From assembly GCF_006345805.1 (NCBI RefSeq), contig NC_043013.1:32302001-32366000 (forward strand): 64,000 nucleotides of DNA, in the 5' to 3' direction. Positions 51,270 to 64,000 of this stretch are shown here, one piece after another. Positions within the stretch are counted from its first letter, which is position 1; the number at the start of each line of letters is the position of its first letter. The translations under genes were made by a program, and so were the position numbers. Source of the stretch: Octopus sinensis. Taxonomy: Eukaryota. The notes beneath the pieces are model-generated. The model was not told where the DNA came from, ran no database searches, and saw only the letters and a program-made list of their open reading frames with translations.

Positions 51270-51880
51270 GCTGGTAGAATCTTTATCAAGCCAGACAGTG
51301 GCATTTCGTCCGTCTTTACGTCCTGGGTTCAGATACCACAGAGGACGGCTTTGCCTTTCATCCTTTCAGGGTCGATGAAATAAGTGGGATCGATGTAATA
51401 GACTAGCCCCATCCACGAAATTTCAGACCCTATGCCTATATTAGAAAAGATTATTGAGTGTGATAAAAGCGGCGAACTAGCAAAATCATTAACACGCCGG
51501 ACAAAATACATAGCGGTATTTAGTCCGTATTTATGTTCTGTGTTCAAACACAGCCGATTTCGACTTTCCTTTTCCTCCTTTCGCGGTCAATGAAATAAAA
51601 ACCTGTTTGACACTCGGGTCAATGCAATCGATTAGTCCCCTCTCCAAAAATTTCTGGGCCCTATGTTTTTTGGAGAAAGGGTTATTAGTATTACTGATAT
51701 AGCGAGCAGGCAGAATCGTTAGCGCGCCAGACAAAATGCAAAGCGATATTCCGTTCGTCTTTACATTCTGAATTCATATTCTTCCAGGGTTAACTTTCAT
51801 TCTTTCTGGGTTGATGACATTGTCTAGCCCACTTCCCAAAAATGTCAGGCCTAATCCCTATTATAGAAAAGATTATTATA
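51270..51880 (+). mobile_element. Head-to-tail array of three decayed SINE A copies
   Basis: Heads at about 51268 (cgagctggtagaatc), 51470 (ggcgaactagcaaaatc) and 51703 (gagcaggcagaatcgttagc). Confidence 0.75.
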
Positions 51881-52019
51881 TTCGACTACTTTATCCAGTT
51901 TGCTTTACTTTGCTTAAGACAATAGAATACGATTTGAGGGACTTTGGATGATATTTCTAGAAAGTTGAGCCACCATTCAGAGGTCTAATATTTTTGTATC
52001 ATATTTTTATATATTTTTT

Positions 52020-52385
52020 TTTACTTGTTTAAGTCATTAGACTGTGGTCATACAGGGGCGCAGGTTTGAAGAAATTTTAACCCAATGAATCGACCCCAGT
52101 ATAAGGCTGGTTCTTATTCTGTCGATCTCTTTTTGTCGAACCGCTACCTTACGGGAACCGTAAACACACCAACACCGGTTGACAAGAAGTGGTGGGAGAA
52201 CAACATTAACACAAAGACTCACACAAACACACACACGGGCTTCTTACAGTTTCTGTCTACCAAACCCACTCACAAAGCTTTGGTCAGCCCGAGACTGTAA
52301 TAGAAAATACTTGACTAAAGTGCCACGCAGTGGGACTGAACCCGGAACCATGTGGTTAGGAAGCAATCCTCTTACTACACAACCA
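52020..52385 (-). mobile_element. SINE family B, full length
   Basis: Reverse complement of 31233-31635 with a short internal (CA)n. Confidence 0.88.
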
Positions 52386-53318
52386 CATTTTCTTTGAAAT
52401 GGCGAACGCCTATGACCAATATATAACGTCTCTTGGGTCGATTCCACGAATTACTCTCTCTGTTTGAATCCTTTCAAAGACACATCTATTATCTTTGGAA
52501 AAGGCACGAACGCCATACAATTTCATTCCATTCCTTCCAAACGAAACTGCTCAGGCATTAAACTAAACAAGATATCAGTATTTAGGTTAGGGAGTAGAGA
52601 ATTGACAGGATAAAATGCATTAAAGTTTTCTCTCTTCCTTCTCGACTTCTCTTCCTTCTCATCTTTTCGGTGGTCGGTAACATAAATACAAGTTGTCAGA
52701 GTTTAAATATCTTGACCATGTACTAGTGTTAAAAATCAGTAACATTTTGGCAGTAAATGGTAAATATGGGAGCTATAAAATCGAAAACAAAACTAACAAT
52801 AATTAGTTATTTCCCTTCACTTTCTGAGTGTGGGTCCCATTTAACCTTTAACAATTTTAAACCGGCGATATCAAACCCAAATATTCAATCAGTTTTATGG
52901 TCAAACCCATCCAGATCCACTATATCACACGTACCACTCAAACATATAATATCATTCTTAAAATAAACAATCACATCATCAAAATTTTGGGGGAGGAGGC
53001 CAGTCGATTTGATCGACCTCCATACGCAACTGGTATCATTAAAATATTGAAGCTACAAGATGATAGGTAATTCAAAGCAACGTAAATAGATAAACGTTAC
53101 AGTGTTAATATTACATTTATTCTTTCATTACGGTCGTTTCAACAATATATGGTTCAGACACGTCATGAATATAATGATTATGTAGCAGCATCTTGCATAT
53201 GTTCCATGTTATTCTCATCAAAGGCCATCGAGCAATATAAACGTGTATATATTTATATGCATGGATAGACACATATTTACATATACATATATATATATAC
53301 ATATATATATATATGTAT

Positions 53319-53372
<54 letters not shown>

Positions 53373-53443
53373 GTATATATGATTTTGATTTGATTTTGAT
53401 TTTTCCAGTTTCAGCTAATGAGCTGTGGCCATGCTGGGGCACC

Positions 53444-53498
<55 letters not shown>

Positions 53499-53638
53499 AT
53501 ATATACGTATGTATGTATGTATTCGAGTAGCCACCTGAATCTAAAAATTAACTTGAAGTGTATATGCATCCATCTATACACATATAATACACATGCACAT
53601 GCGCACACACTCAAATACGTATATACGTAAACACACAT

Positions 53639-53670
<32 letters not shown>

Positions 53671-54352
53671 GCATGTGTGTATGTGGGGGGAAGGGTTGTA
53701 TATATGAATACAAACATGCATACATTATCGTGACATGTATTTCTGAGCACAAGCTAGCTTATTGAAAAGCATAACCACAAGATTAATCAACATAGAGGCC
53801 GGTCTGAATTTTGCCGCATTAAATGCATGCATGAAAATCAAATCATGAGTTATCATAACCCCGTACAACTCTGCAAGAATTCATGTCTCCTGCATTGAGC
53901 CGCAATACCGTACTGCAATTAGCATCAGCAGGAATGGCTACAGATATATTTAAAGTTATCAATATCATTTTTCAGACCACATCTCAAAATGCATTCCGAG
54001 ACGGCAGTCTATATGAATGATCGATCAACTAATGTTTTGTCTTTCTTGTTATGTAGGCAGTCTTCATCAAAAAGCAGTTCGATGTATGAATCTGTCAATA
54101 TGTGTGTGTGAGTGTGAGTGTGTGTGTGTGTGTGTGCGTGTGTGTGAGTGTGTGTTTCCTTGTGTGCATTAAATATAATATATATGTGAGCGTGTGTGGC
54201 TTATATGTGTATATATGTATGTATATGTATGTACATATATGTGTGTGCATATATGCCAAAATTAGGCATTTAAATGTATGTATATGTGTGCATGTACACA
54301 TTCAGCCTTTATATATAATTGTTTAAATTCATACATATACATACATACATGC

Positions 54353-54386
<34 letters not shown>

Positions 54387-54506
54387 ATATATGCATGTAT
54401 GTATGTATGTATATGCATATATATATAGATGTATATGTTTATGAATGTGTGCATAAATGTACTCATATATATACATAATTTTATAAATAAATAGATATAT
54501 ATGTGC

Positions 54507-54540
<34 letters not shown>

Positions 54541-55129
54541 AAATATATATATATATACATATATACATCTATATATTACATGCGTATCTGTATTATGTTT
54601 TTATTTCAATACTTAAGTGTGGTGCGTTTTCTTTTTCTTTTTTTTTTTTTTTTGTTTGCAATATGTTAGATGCGTTTGCTGAGTGTTTTGTGAGTGTGAG
54701 TGTGCACGCGCACGCGTGCATGGGTGTTTATTTGTGCTGATAAATATAAAATGTGTTTTTCACAGAGATGAAATAGCAAAAATGATAAAAACCCAAACAC
54801 ATTTTTTTTGTTACGATAGTTATTTAGCGGAAGTAGCACCTTTGTTTTCTATCGATCTAGAGCATCTCTAGTCGTACCAGATATCCACAAAATTCACTTA
54901 ATTTATCTTTACCTCTGTCTGATTGCAATTAATACTCTTTCGTTTTTGCAATGTAATATGTCACTACTAATCGAGTGAATGAGGGGGATCCGTAAGAGAA
55001 TATGATTGACCTGTTAGATATAGCAGCCAGTTCTTCCTTAAATCACATCCTGTCCTTCTTTGATAAAGAATATGTTCATGCTGTTATTGTTGTTGCTGAT
55101 GAGCGAACGGTCTTCATCCCAGAACTCGC

Positions 55130-55461
55130 AAGAAGTCCGAAACGTGTTCCTTTGCTATTCGTATGACCCGCAGAAGAGAAAGCAGGTCAACCCCCGACAC
55201 CGAGATCATCGATGGATGGATGAATGCGCATCCAGGCTCAGCGGTTGCGTAGGAAGTCGGGGACAAGAAACAGGAAGAAAGTGTAAGAGAAAGTTGGGGG
55301 TGAAAGAGTACAACAGGGGTGCCACCACCCCCTGCCGGAGCCTTGTGGAGCTTTAGGTGTTTTCGCTCAATAAACACACACAACGTCCAGTCTGGGAATC
55401 GAAACCGAGATCCTCCGACCGCGAGTCCGCTGCCCTAACCACTGGGCCATTGCGCCTCCAC
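55130..55461 (-). mobile_element. SINE family C variant
   Basis: Minus-strand head tggaggcgcaatggcccagtggttagggcagcggactcgcggtcggaggatctcggtttcgattcccag. Confidence 0.88.
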
Positions 55462-55974
55462 TGTTGTTGCTGCTTTTGAGTTGTCGTTGTTTATCTGAAG
55501 ATCAACCTTAATCGAGAAGACATGTGAGCAAAGATATTCCAGACGTGACCAACATGTTTATATCCTTTGTAAATGCATAAATCTCATAATCATATTATCC
55601 AATGAGATCTGTTTCAAAACAATAGAGCAGGGGTTGAAGGCGATTTGGCTGGTATTTTAAGCACGTCACCCAACAGTAGACGTTCCAACGTTGGTTTGAC
55701 GGACGTTACATTGGACAGTACTAACACTGATAAAATAAAAATACTCGGATAGTTATGGCAGAAATACAATGGGTATAAAGGTTTGTTCGATCATGACTTA
55801 CATGGAGCTAAATAATGATAAAAGCAACAAATGTTAGTTCCAGATAATTAGCAGCATGAAAGAAAGAAACGCGAATATCTAATTTATGCCTTAAGTTGCA
55901 GACGTTTTAGTTCTGTAGAGCGGTCAGCCTTTCTGAAATAAGCCAATTGCTTATTAAGCCACTCACATTCTTTT

Positions 55975-56208
55975 ATTATTTTATTGTTATTTGTTTCAGT
56001 AATTTGACTGTGACCATACTGGAACATCGCCTTTAGTAGAAAAAAAATCGACCCCAGAACTTATTCTTTTTGTAAGTCCAATACTTATTCTAACGGTCTC
56101 TTTTGCCGAACCGCTAAGTTACGAGGACGTAAACACACCAACATCGTTTGTCAATCAAGCAATGGTGGGTTGGGGACAAATACAGACACGCAAACATACA
56201 TACATAGA

Positions 56209-56243
<35 letters not shown>

Positions 56244-56375
56244 GACGGGCTTCTTTCAGTTTCCGTCTACCAAATCCACTTACAAGGCTTTGGTCGGCCC
56301 GAGGCTATAGTAGAAGACACTTGCCCAAGGTGCAACGCAGTGGGACTGAACCCGAAACTATGTTGTTGGTAAGCA
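55975..56375 (-). mobile_element. SINE family B, full length
   Basis: tttgccgaaccgctaagttacg...(TA)n-cgacgggcttctttcagtttccgtctacc...gtgggactgaaccc. Confidence 0.88.
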
Positions 56376-56479
56376 GCTTCTCCTGCACCTTCCACACAAC
56401 AACTCCTGGAATTAATCTACGGGTTGTAGTACGCCTGATCGTTGTACTCAAAAAGCTCTTTATAATTATTGTAAAATGC

Positions 56480-56650
56480 TTCACGGCATCTATTCCGGCC
56501 TTACGTTCTGAGTTCAAATTCTACCGAGGTCAACTCTGCCTTTCATTATTCTGGGACCGATGAAATACGTATCAGATGAATGCTGGAGACGATATAATCG
56601 ACGTCCCCTTTCCTTTACATTGCTGTCCCTATGTCAAAATTATAAAGAAT
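56480..56650 (+). mobile_element. SINE family A fragment
   Basis: ttacgttctgagttcaaattctaccgaggtcaactctgcctttcatt. Confidence 0.75.
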
Positions 56651-56761
56651 TATTATTCTCTATCCGAATAGTTGTAGCTACCAACATTCGAATGACAAGC
56701 ATTGCAGAGATAATGTGAAACAGAGTAGGACTCGTGTCCACAGCTGTCCGCTTGTCTGCAG

Positions 56762-56845
56762 ACATTCAGACTGCCTTTCTTTTTGATGCAAATAAATTTC
56801 GGAAATTCTTTTCTTCTCAATATTATGTGCTCACTTCATCTGCAG
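56762..56845 (+). CDS. Candidate 84-nt symmetric (phase 1) exon, DIQTAFLFDANKFRKFFSSQYYVLTSSA
   Basis: cttgtctgcag acceptor and CAG|gtaatc donor around an open frame in non-repeat sequence. No family recognised. Confidence 0.2.
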
Positions 56846-57300
56846 GTAATCAGATTTGTACCAAAGTATTTCTTCAGATTTCACTTGAAGAGAAGATAAT
56901 TTCAATAAGGCAAGAATATAACTTGTATAGTATTTTATATACGTCAATATTTGTGTGTAAATATACATATGCACTCACACACACAGATATGTATGTATAT
57001 ATATGTGTGTTCGTGCGTATAATCGTCAGATTCTGCTGGCCGTAACAATCGCTGCATTTAATGTATGCATTTCCTAAAAACAACTTATAATGTCAACGAA
57101 ATTGATAACCCTTTCTTCAACTGGTCTTAACTTGACAATGCACAGAAACATTATTTCATGAATCTTTTATATGACTGGATATATGCCCGTAATTATATAT
57201 AGATACGTACGTATATATATTCATAAGTATTCTGCATATAAATAATATAAATACAATATTATACGTATATTCCTGCGCCATGATATATAACTATATACCA

Positions 57301-57316
57301 CAGACAGACAGGAAGG

Positions 57317-57358
<42 letters not shown>

Positions 57359-57359
57359 T

Positions 57360-57403
<44 letters not shown>

Positions 57404-57433
57404 GCAGATAGATAGATAGATAGATAGATAAAC

Positions 57434-57492
<59 letters not shown>

Positions 57493-57517
57493 CAGGTAGA
57501 TAGACAGATAGATAAAC

Positions 57518-57572
<55 letters not shown>

Positions 57573-57713
57573 CAGATATATAGATAGATAGATAGATAGA
57601 TAGATAGACCGGTAGATAGACAGACAGACAGACAGACAGAGGTAGATTGACAGACAGAGGTAGACAGACAGACAGACAGACAGACAGATAGACAGATAGA
57701 TACAGAAAAACAT

Positions 57714-57750
<37 letters not shown>

Positions 57751-57754
57751 TAGA

Positions 57755-57795
<41 letters not shown>

Positions 57796-57796
57796 G
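57301..57796. repeat. Long compound (GATA)n/(GACA)n microsatellite
   Basis: Directly visible. It produces the spurious 184-aa ORF. Confidence 0.97.
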
Positions 57797-58154
57797 TTGT
57801 TTATAACAAACACAAGAAAGTATTCAATACATTATGTAGAGGATAATTATATTCATTCGGTTTAATGTCATTTGTTGTTACTTTAAGTTTAACATTAATA
57901 CAATCTGTCAGACGACATTATGTTCTATAATCAAAAATTAGTCTGTATCCTATAGAGCGGCGATACCTCACCGTTTCATTGTTTAAAACGGAATACGTAA
58001 GTAACTTGTAAAAATTTTCTCCATTTGAGAAACTATTTTGCAAGTGGCAACAATTGAATGAATGAGAGTGAAATATTTTAGTATTAAATGATTTTTTGCT
58101 TGAGTTCATTGAAAAAAAAATTGTGGTTCCTTCGTCCCCTCGCTTTTACGCTGT

Positions 58155-58468
58155 CTTTTACTTGTTTCTGCCATTAGACTGCGGCCATTTTGAGGTGCCG
58201 CCTTGAACGGTTTTTAGTCGAATGTATCCACCCCAGCACTTATTCTCTTTTAAGCCTAGTTCTTATTCTATTGATCTCTTTTGTCGAACCACTAAGGCAC
58301 AGTAAAGTAAAAACAGCAACACCAGTTGTCAAGCAGTGAGGAGGGGACAAACGCAGACACAAACACACACAAAGACACACACGCACACACACTCTCTCTC
58401 TCACACACACACACCACACACACACAGACACACTCTCACACACACTCTCTCTCTCACACACATACACT

Positions 58469-58531
<63 letters not shown>

Positions 58532-58690
58532 GATGGGCTTCTTTCAATTTCCGTCTACTAAATACACACACTAGGCTTTGGTAGACTCGAGGTTATAGTG
58601 GAAAACACTTGCCCAAGGTGTCACACGGCGGGACTGAACCCAGAGTCATGTGATTGGGAAGAAAACATACCACAAAGCCACGCCTGTGCC
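58155..58690 (-). mobile_element. SINE family B, full length with expanded internal microsatellite
   Basis: ccattagactgcggccat...ttttgtcgaaccactaag...(CA)n(TA)n-cgatgggcttctttcaatttccgtctact...acgcctgtgcct. Confidence 0.85.
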
Positions 58691-58899
58691 TTGTGTCACA
58701 TGGCACACTTAGAGACATATTTTACTCGAGAAGTGACAATCCTGTGAACTAAACTTTTCTGTTAAGCGTTAATACTTTAACCTGAATCTGCATATGCAGT
58801 CCTATGTTACGTGAATCAGCTGAACATCGGGTGTTAAGCCTTTCTCAAACTCGAAATATTCTGGTACAGAAACGTACTTGAAGGTTTGACGCTTAAATT

Positions 58900-59900
58900 T
58901 CATTACACGTAGGTATAACAAAGTTATCTCTCTTTTGCTCAAAATACAACCTGGATAAGTTATGGTCTTGACTTTTTCAGTGGCTATTACACCTGTTGTA
59001 CAGCTTTCGCCTAAGCAAAATTGTATATTTTATGGCGAATTTGCTTTCTCCTATCTTTCAGAAACAAAATACATTTCAAAAGTCTTGTTAATATTCATAT
59101 TTTTCTGGAAGTAATGAAAGTGCTGTTTGAATCTAACATTAAAAATGCTTCCGGTCAAACCAATACACATTTTTACTCAACGGTCTACCGATTCTTCGTC
59201 AACCCGCTATAGTACATCCACTGACAGAATATATTACTTGGCAATTAGCCCAGTCTCTAAAATTGCATTGAAGCTAGATCATTTCTCTGGCTTATATAAA
59301 CTGTTTGTTTGTAGTTAGATATTTAATTTTCTTAATTATCTATAACTGCACGTAATAGAATTTTTTTCTAAATATCTTGTTATATCTGTATGACGCAGGG
59401 AAATGCTTACTTGTGACAGGAAGATTTTCGCTACACTCATTGTTACATTTAGAACACTAGGATGGTTAACCAAGAGTTTTTGTATTTTATGTTTGGTGTT
59501 ATTTTTTGAAGATTGCTCTATGTATATCAGCTTGGCATTGAGACCACTGCTAGCAAGGGTTCTGATTGAGAATGGGATAGCTTTGATGAATATTTATCAG
59601 TTCCATGACAGTTTCTATACAAATGCTAATATTGCCCGTAATGCTATTATAATATCACAGGGGGTGAGCGGAGCACCTCACTTAATATATTCTTCTTCTT
59701 TGAGCTTATAGTACAAATGTTGTTGCTTCTGGAAAATTAACTATCTTTAGATTTGTATTTAGCGCAAATTTTAAGCCAAATTCTTCGAAAGTTTACATTG
59801 GTGTTGTTATGATTTCTTCCTATCGGGCCAGTTCGTGTTGTGAATGTGACCAATTCCAAATTTCTGTACCGTTGTACAGTGTAAAGGTCAATTTCGTGTA
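58900..59900 (-). pseudogene. Penelope-like ORF relic: RT C-terminus, linker and GIY-YIG endonuclease
   Basis: Minus-strand frames give TFEEFGLKFALNTNLKIVNF, IFIKAIPFSIRTLASSGLNAKLIY, LNVTMSVAKIFLS, KHFPASYRYNKIF and MCIGLTGSIFNVRFKQH (YIGxT...F..RF.QH), with stops and frameshifts. Confidence 0.8.
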
Positions 59901-59940
59901 ATCAGTACAGATGAAGTTGATTAAATAACTTGTGGTATTC

Positions 59941-59977
<37 letters not shown>

Positions 59978-61112
59978 CGTAAATGTATACATATATTTAT
60001 ATATACATATTTGTATATATACATATGTACGCGTCTATGTATGAGTTTATCTATTCATTATAAGTGGTTTTCAGATACCCATACTGACAAGCACTCTAGC
60101 AACAAAATTCTAGGTATTTAAATAACTGATGTAGTTTCCCGACCTCATATTCAATAATATAAATACTCTGCTGTAGGCATGGGTTCTGTTCTCTCTTTCA
60201 ATGTGTGTGTGTGTGTGTGTACCTAAATGCATTTGTATATATGTAGATAAATACAAATGCCTGTGTGTGTGTGTGTGTGTGTGTCTATATGTATATATGT
60301 CTATGTATATGTCATGTATACAGACAGACAGATAGATAAATATAAGTTTTTAACAAATTTGTTTCTGAATTGAACAGCTCTCTATATATTTAGAAACTTT
60401 AGAGAAGTTAGTGACAGACGAATAAAGAAACCATTTGTGGAAGAAGGGACATCCATCATTTTGAAATAATATAACACTGACACATTTATAGATATATGGT
60501 GAATAATGCATCAAGACATTAAGGTATCTATTAATGTCTGAGGTGTTTTGTTAGAAATTTGTCCCCCGTACTCTTGGAAAACATTGTGTTCCTGCTACGT
60601 GGTGAACGACTCTCGTTTTTCATACTTAATATACACTTCAATCGAAACATAAACACTGCTGAAACAAGAAAAAATAATATGTAAAAACTAAATTCGCATC
60701 ACGCCAGGATATTTTTTTTTTTGTTTTTCTTTATTAAACTGGTTAACTTTATATTTAAATTGGGGAAACATCAGACTGTTTTTATTTTGATTTTATAGTT
60801 TTTATTACGTTGTTTTTTGTCTGTTCGTAAAATTGAGTCGAACAACCAACAATGGAGTAGATAGATCTAGGTTCGTTTAAAGTCAGTACTAAACGCATCG
60901 TATGTCTATGAATATATTACAATAGTCTTCATTTGTTTTACTGATTTCAGTCACTGAACTTCGGTCATTATGCGGCACCAACTTCAAAAGTTTTAGGTGA
61001 TTGATATCGGCATCAGTATATCAGTTATCAAGATGCATTTGTATAAATATATAAATATGTAATAATATAAATATGCAGACGTCTACTGAAACATATACAT
61101 ATCTACAATCAA

Positions 61113-61162
<50 letters not shown>

Positions 61163-61303
61163 CACGAAATAAAAGCGTACATCCAAACATTCATCTTTAG
61201 ACGGAATAAATTGGTTATACCCTTCTCTTTATATGTATATGCGTGTATATGTATGTGTGTTTTGTACCAATATTAAAAGCTATTATTAAGGCAGAATATA
61301 GTT

Positions 61304-61519
61304 CAAAGGGAGTGCTGAAAATGTTATGGCTTTGGGTAAAAGAAAATACAGGAGGATCAATTAATTATGATTTTATTCAACATATCCTCCTCTCAGATTC
61401 ACAGTTATTGCAGCTGTCATTCAGTTTTTCTAAGCCCTGTAAAAGAACACGAAAGGCTGGGCCTCCATCGAAGCCTTCCACGATACTTTTAAAGCCAGGG
61501 ACTTTTCAGCACCTCCTCG
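61304..61519. mobile_element. Mariner-type MITE, same family as 42652-42865
   Basis: gggtaaaagaaaatacaggaggatca...ttttctaagccctgtaaaagaac...ccagggacttttcagcacctcctcg-TA. Confidence 0.85.
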
Positions 61520-62168
61520 TACAATCAGCATTCACTGAAAAAGATACCTTGCAATATTCAGATACGTCATTTTACGTTCTGAGTTCTAACCCGCCCGACG
61601 ACGTCGTCATAACCCACTTTTATGAAACCGGAGATTATTAAATAGATACCAGTCAAGATATCATCTAGAAAATTCTTCCCCGAAATATGACTTTAAGCCT
61701 ACGTTAGAGATCATTTTGTTATAAATGTAACTGTTGGAAGGCCTCGTAGGATAAAAACAAATCGTTTTATATTTCATATTATGCGGAAATATGAAAAAAG
61801 ATTTTGCTAGTGAGAGATGTCGATCGTCTCAGCCAACTGTCTGTATTTGTTATGTAGATATGAATAAATACAAAGTATATAATGTAATATTGATAGTTGA
61901 ACGATTGCTGTAGACAAAAAGAAATCGTAGAAATGTTAAATAACTTAATAATAGTTACGAAAGCACTGCATGAGTAAACTGGGATCGAAATTGTAATATA
62001 TTCTATACGTTAGCAAATATTTGCAATATTACGAATGAAAAATCTAAGATAAATAGTAGTCAGAGCTGTCATTAACGTCGGGAAATAAGAAATGTTTTCT
62101 TTGAAGAATGAAATACTAATAAAGACGTATGAATATTTCATCGCTACATCAATATTTATCGGAAGTTG

Positions 62169-62360
62169 AAGGCGGTGTGCTGGCAGAACCGTTACCGCAC
62201 CGGGCATTTCGTCTGTCTTTATATTCTAAGATCAGATTCCGCCGAGGTGAGTTTTTCCTTTCGGGTGTCAATAAAATAAGTACCAGTTGAACCCTGAGGG
62301 CGCTGTAATCGACTTACTTCCATCTCCGAAATAGCTGGCCTAGTACTAAAATTTTAAACC
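62169..62360 (+). mobile_element. SINE family A, decayed
   Basis: aaggcggtgtgctggcagaaccgttaccgcaccggg...attccgccgagg. Confidence 0.75.
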
Positions 62361-62467
62361 GATATCTATTAAGATTAGAGAGCTTTGTCGAGCTATAATT
62401 TCCCTTTGGATTGTTGGAACAGGCGGTCCAACTTCAATTTCCAGTGAGTCTATTTTATTTTATCGCT

Positions 62468-62804
62468 TATATTTCGGGACGGTCATTTTTTCTGTTATGC
62501 CAAGTAAACACACGCACTATATATTCGTTCTTCACTCGTTTATTGCTGTTATTTTAACTCATGTCCATTCTCCGGAAATCTTGCGTCACGCATCAATAAC
62601 CTCTTCAGCGAATCGACTAAACGGAGCAGGAGCATACACGAGGACGGAAATTGTCGCTGGAGAGGTCACAGATGTGTGACGAAAGATTTCCGGAAAATTG
62701 GACATGAGCTAAAATAAGAACAGTAATAAACGAGTGAGGAACGAATCTATAGTGCGTGTGTTTATTTGGAAAGGACAAAAGAAAAATGACCGTCACGAAA
62801 TATA
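62468..62804. mobile_element. Almost wholly palindromic MITE with TA ends
   Basis: tatatttcgggacggtcatttttt...catgtcc.ttctccggaaatctt.cgtcac pairs with gtgacg.aagatttccggaaaa.tggacatg...aaaaatgaccgtcacgaaatata. Arms about 130 bp. Confidence 0.85.
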
Positions 62805-63108
62805 GCAATATCTGTTTCAACACGCAATTTCACACCAGGAATTGTGCAACACAAATTCATGAACGCATTTTATTTTATAATTGCTACTAATGCTTCAACG
62901 AAAAAGATATTAGCTTTACAACTTTTCTGTTCTGCAGAATAAAGAGATATTATTTAACAAGTTTTTAAAAGATTGCTGCTGAACACCAATGAATGATTGG
63001 TAAACGTCTAGAGAGCCGTTGATCTGTCGTGGTTGTTTATTCCAGCTCATCTTTGGTCGGGCAGATATCTGATCAAGAGTCTTCCAGCCGTAACTGTCTC
63101 AACCTTTG

Positions 63109-63533
63109 GGATCTTTTCGGTTTGAACGGCAGTTTTTTCTAGCGGTGTCATATGAAATTGTCACCCATAATTATGACCCTAGTATCGATCTATTGCATTT
63201 CAATCTGTTTTAGGGTTAGGGTTAGTTAGGGTTAGGGATGGGGGAAGGGTATCTTTTTTCTTCACAAATGTAAATAAACCCAATCTGTTTCTTAAACGAG
63301 GGACATATTCATACGGCACAGAATGTTTTTTACCTCAATGGACGTCATTGATTGGTTGAAATTGCAGAAATTGAAGAAAAAAAACAACAAATATCTTACA
63401 AACTATAGAATTTTCTCAATAAAGCCAAGAGAAAATGATGTTTTATAAACACATTCTACCAATATACGATGTTTAAAATTTTTTAGTTACTTGGAAATTA
63501 GGTTAAAAACTGCCGTTCAAACCGAAAATGTCC
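63109..63533. mobile_element. Second copy of the TTAGGG-containing MITE
   Basis: Same TIRs and body as 6545-6980, with a perfect 8-bp TSD aacctttg at 63101-63108 and 63534-63541. Confidence 0.92.
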
Positions 63534-63769
63534 AACCTTTGTCCTTCTGGCATAATTTACTTCGGACTACATAACTGCATTTGTTCTTCCTTTTATTTAA
63601 ACGGTGGTATATGATTTGAGGGTGATTTGGCTGGGGCGGTGGGTTCTAGAACATCAGACGTGTAGAGTACGCATCAATAGGTCGACCGCGTCGAGGGCTC
63701 AGTTTTCAATAAAAATAATTTAACCTCTTTTACACTTCTGAGGGCTTTCTAAGGCGACAAACAGGCAGG

Positions 63770-63965
63770 ACTGTTAGCTCATCAGGCACATTGCTTAGTG
63801 GTAGTTTGCTCGTCTTTACGTTCTGAGTTCAAATTCCGACGAGGTCAACTTTGCCTTTCATTCTTTCGGATTCGACAAAACAAGTACTAGTTGAACACTG
63901 GAGTCGATGTGATTGACGTACCCACTCCCCCAAAATTGCTGCCTTGTGTCAAAATTTGAAACCGT
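63770..63965 (+). mobile_element. SINE family A, decayed
   Basis: ctttacgttctgagttcaaattccgacgaggtcaactttgcctttcattctttcgg...ttgctgccttgtgtcaaaatttgaaacc. Confidence 0.8.
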
Positions 63966-64000
63966 TACGAACGCTTTCCATGAAAACCTAACTGTAATAA

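Noticed and set aside
55096-55150. Hammerhead from CTGATGA...GAAAC-gt-GTT
   Set aside because: Neither helix I nor helix II can pair, so it is a chance juxtaposition at a SINE tail.
57259-57813. 184-aa ORF and the many YI/CV/HT-rich ORFs across the window
   Set aside because: These are translations of (GATA)n, (TA)n, (TG)n and (TAA)n microsatellites, which lack stops in some frames.
59408-59730. Two spliced minus-strand exons resembling a receptor ligand-binding domain
   Set aside because: Splice-like signals exist, but the translation is collinear with flanking Penelope RT, linker and GIY-YIG motifs, so it is a PLE relic.

Overview
AT-rich animal genomic DNA, most likely an Octopus-type coleoid cephalopod. 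This is inferred from the SINE, R4/Dong, Penelope and mariner repertoire and the very dense microsatellites; nothing looks prokaryotic. I find no intact protein-coding gene and no true tRNA or rRNA gene, only a few weak splice-bounded exon candidates, so the window reads as intronic or intergenic. It is a mosaic of (TA)n/(TG)n/(GATA)n/(TAA)n tracts, three tRNA-derived SINE families (called A, B and C here), decayed Tc1/mariner elements, several MITE families (TA, 8-bp and TTAA target duplications), Helitron-like ends, LINE relics (CR1-like, RTE-like, R4/Dong-like) and many Penelope-like element (PLE) pieces. The strongest functional signal is RNA. A fully canonical minimal type I hammerhead ribozyme sits at 48234-48319 (-), a near-canonical one of a different family at 18278-18368 (+), and a mutated copy of the first at 17576-17659 (+), all in PLE-type terminal repeats next to (TA)n. 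Other notable structures: a 34-bp minisatellite born from a SINE segment, a MITE family carrying TTAGGG repeats, a fold-back Tc1 made of two right halves, a 368-bp near-perfect palindrome, and repeated inversions or duplications jointed at self-complementary (TA)n tracts. All comparisons were made by eye and boundaries of decayed elements are approximate.
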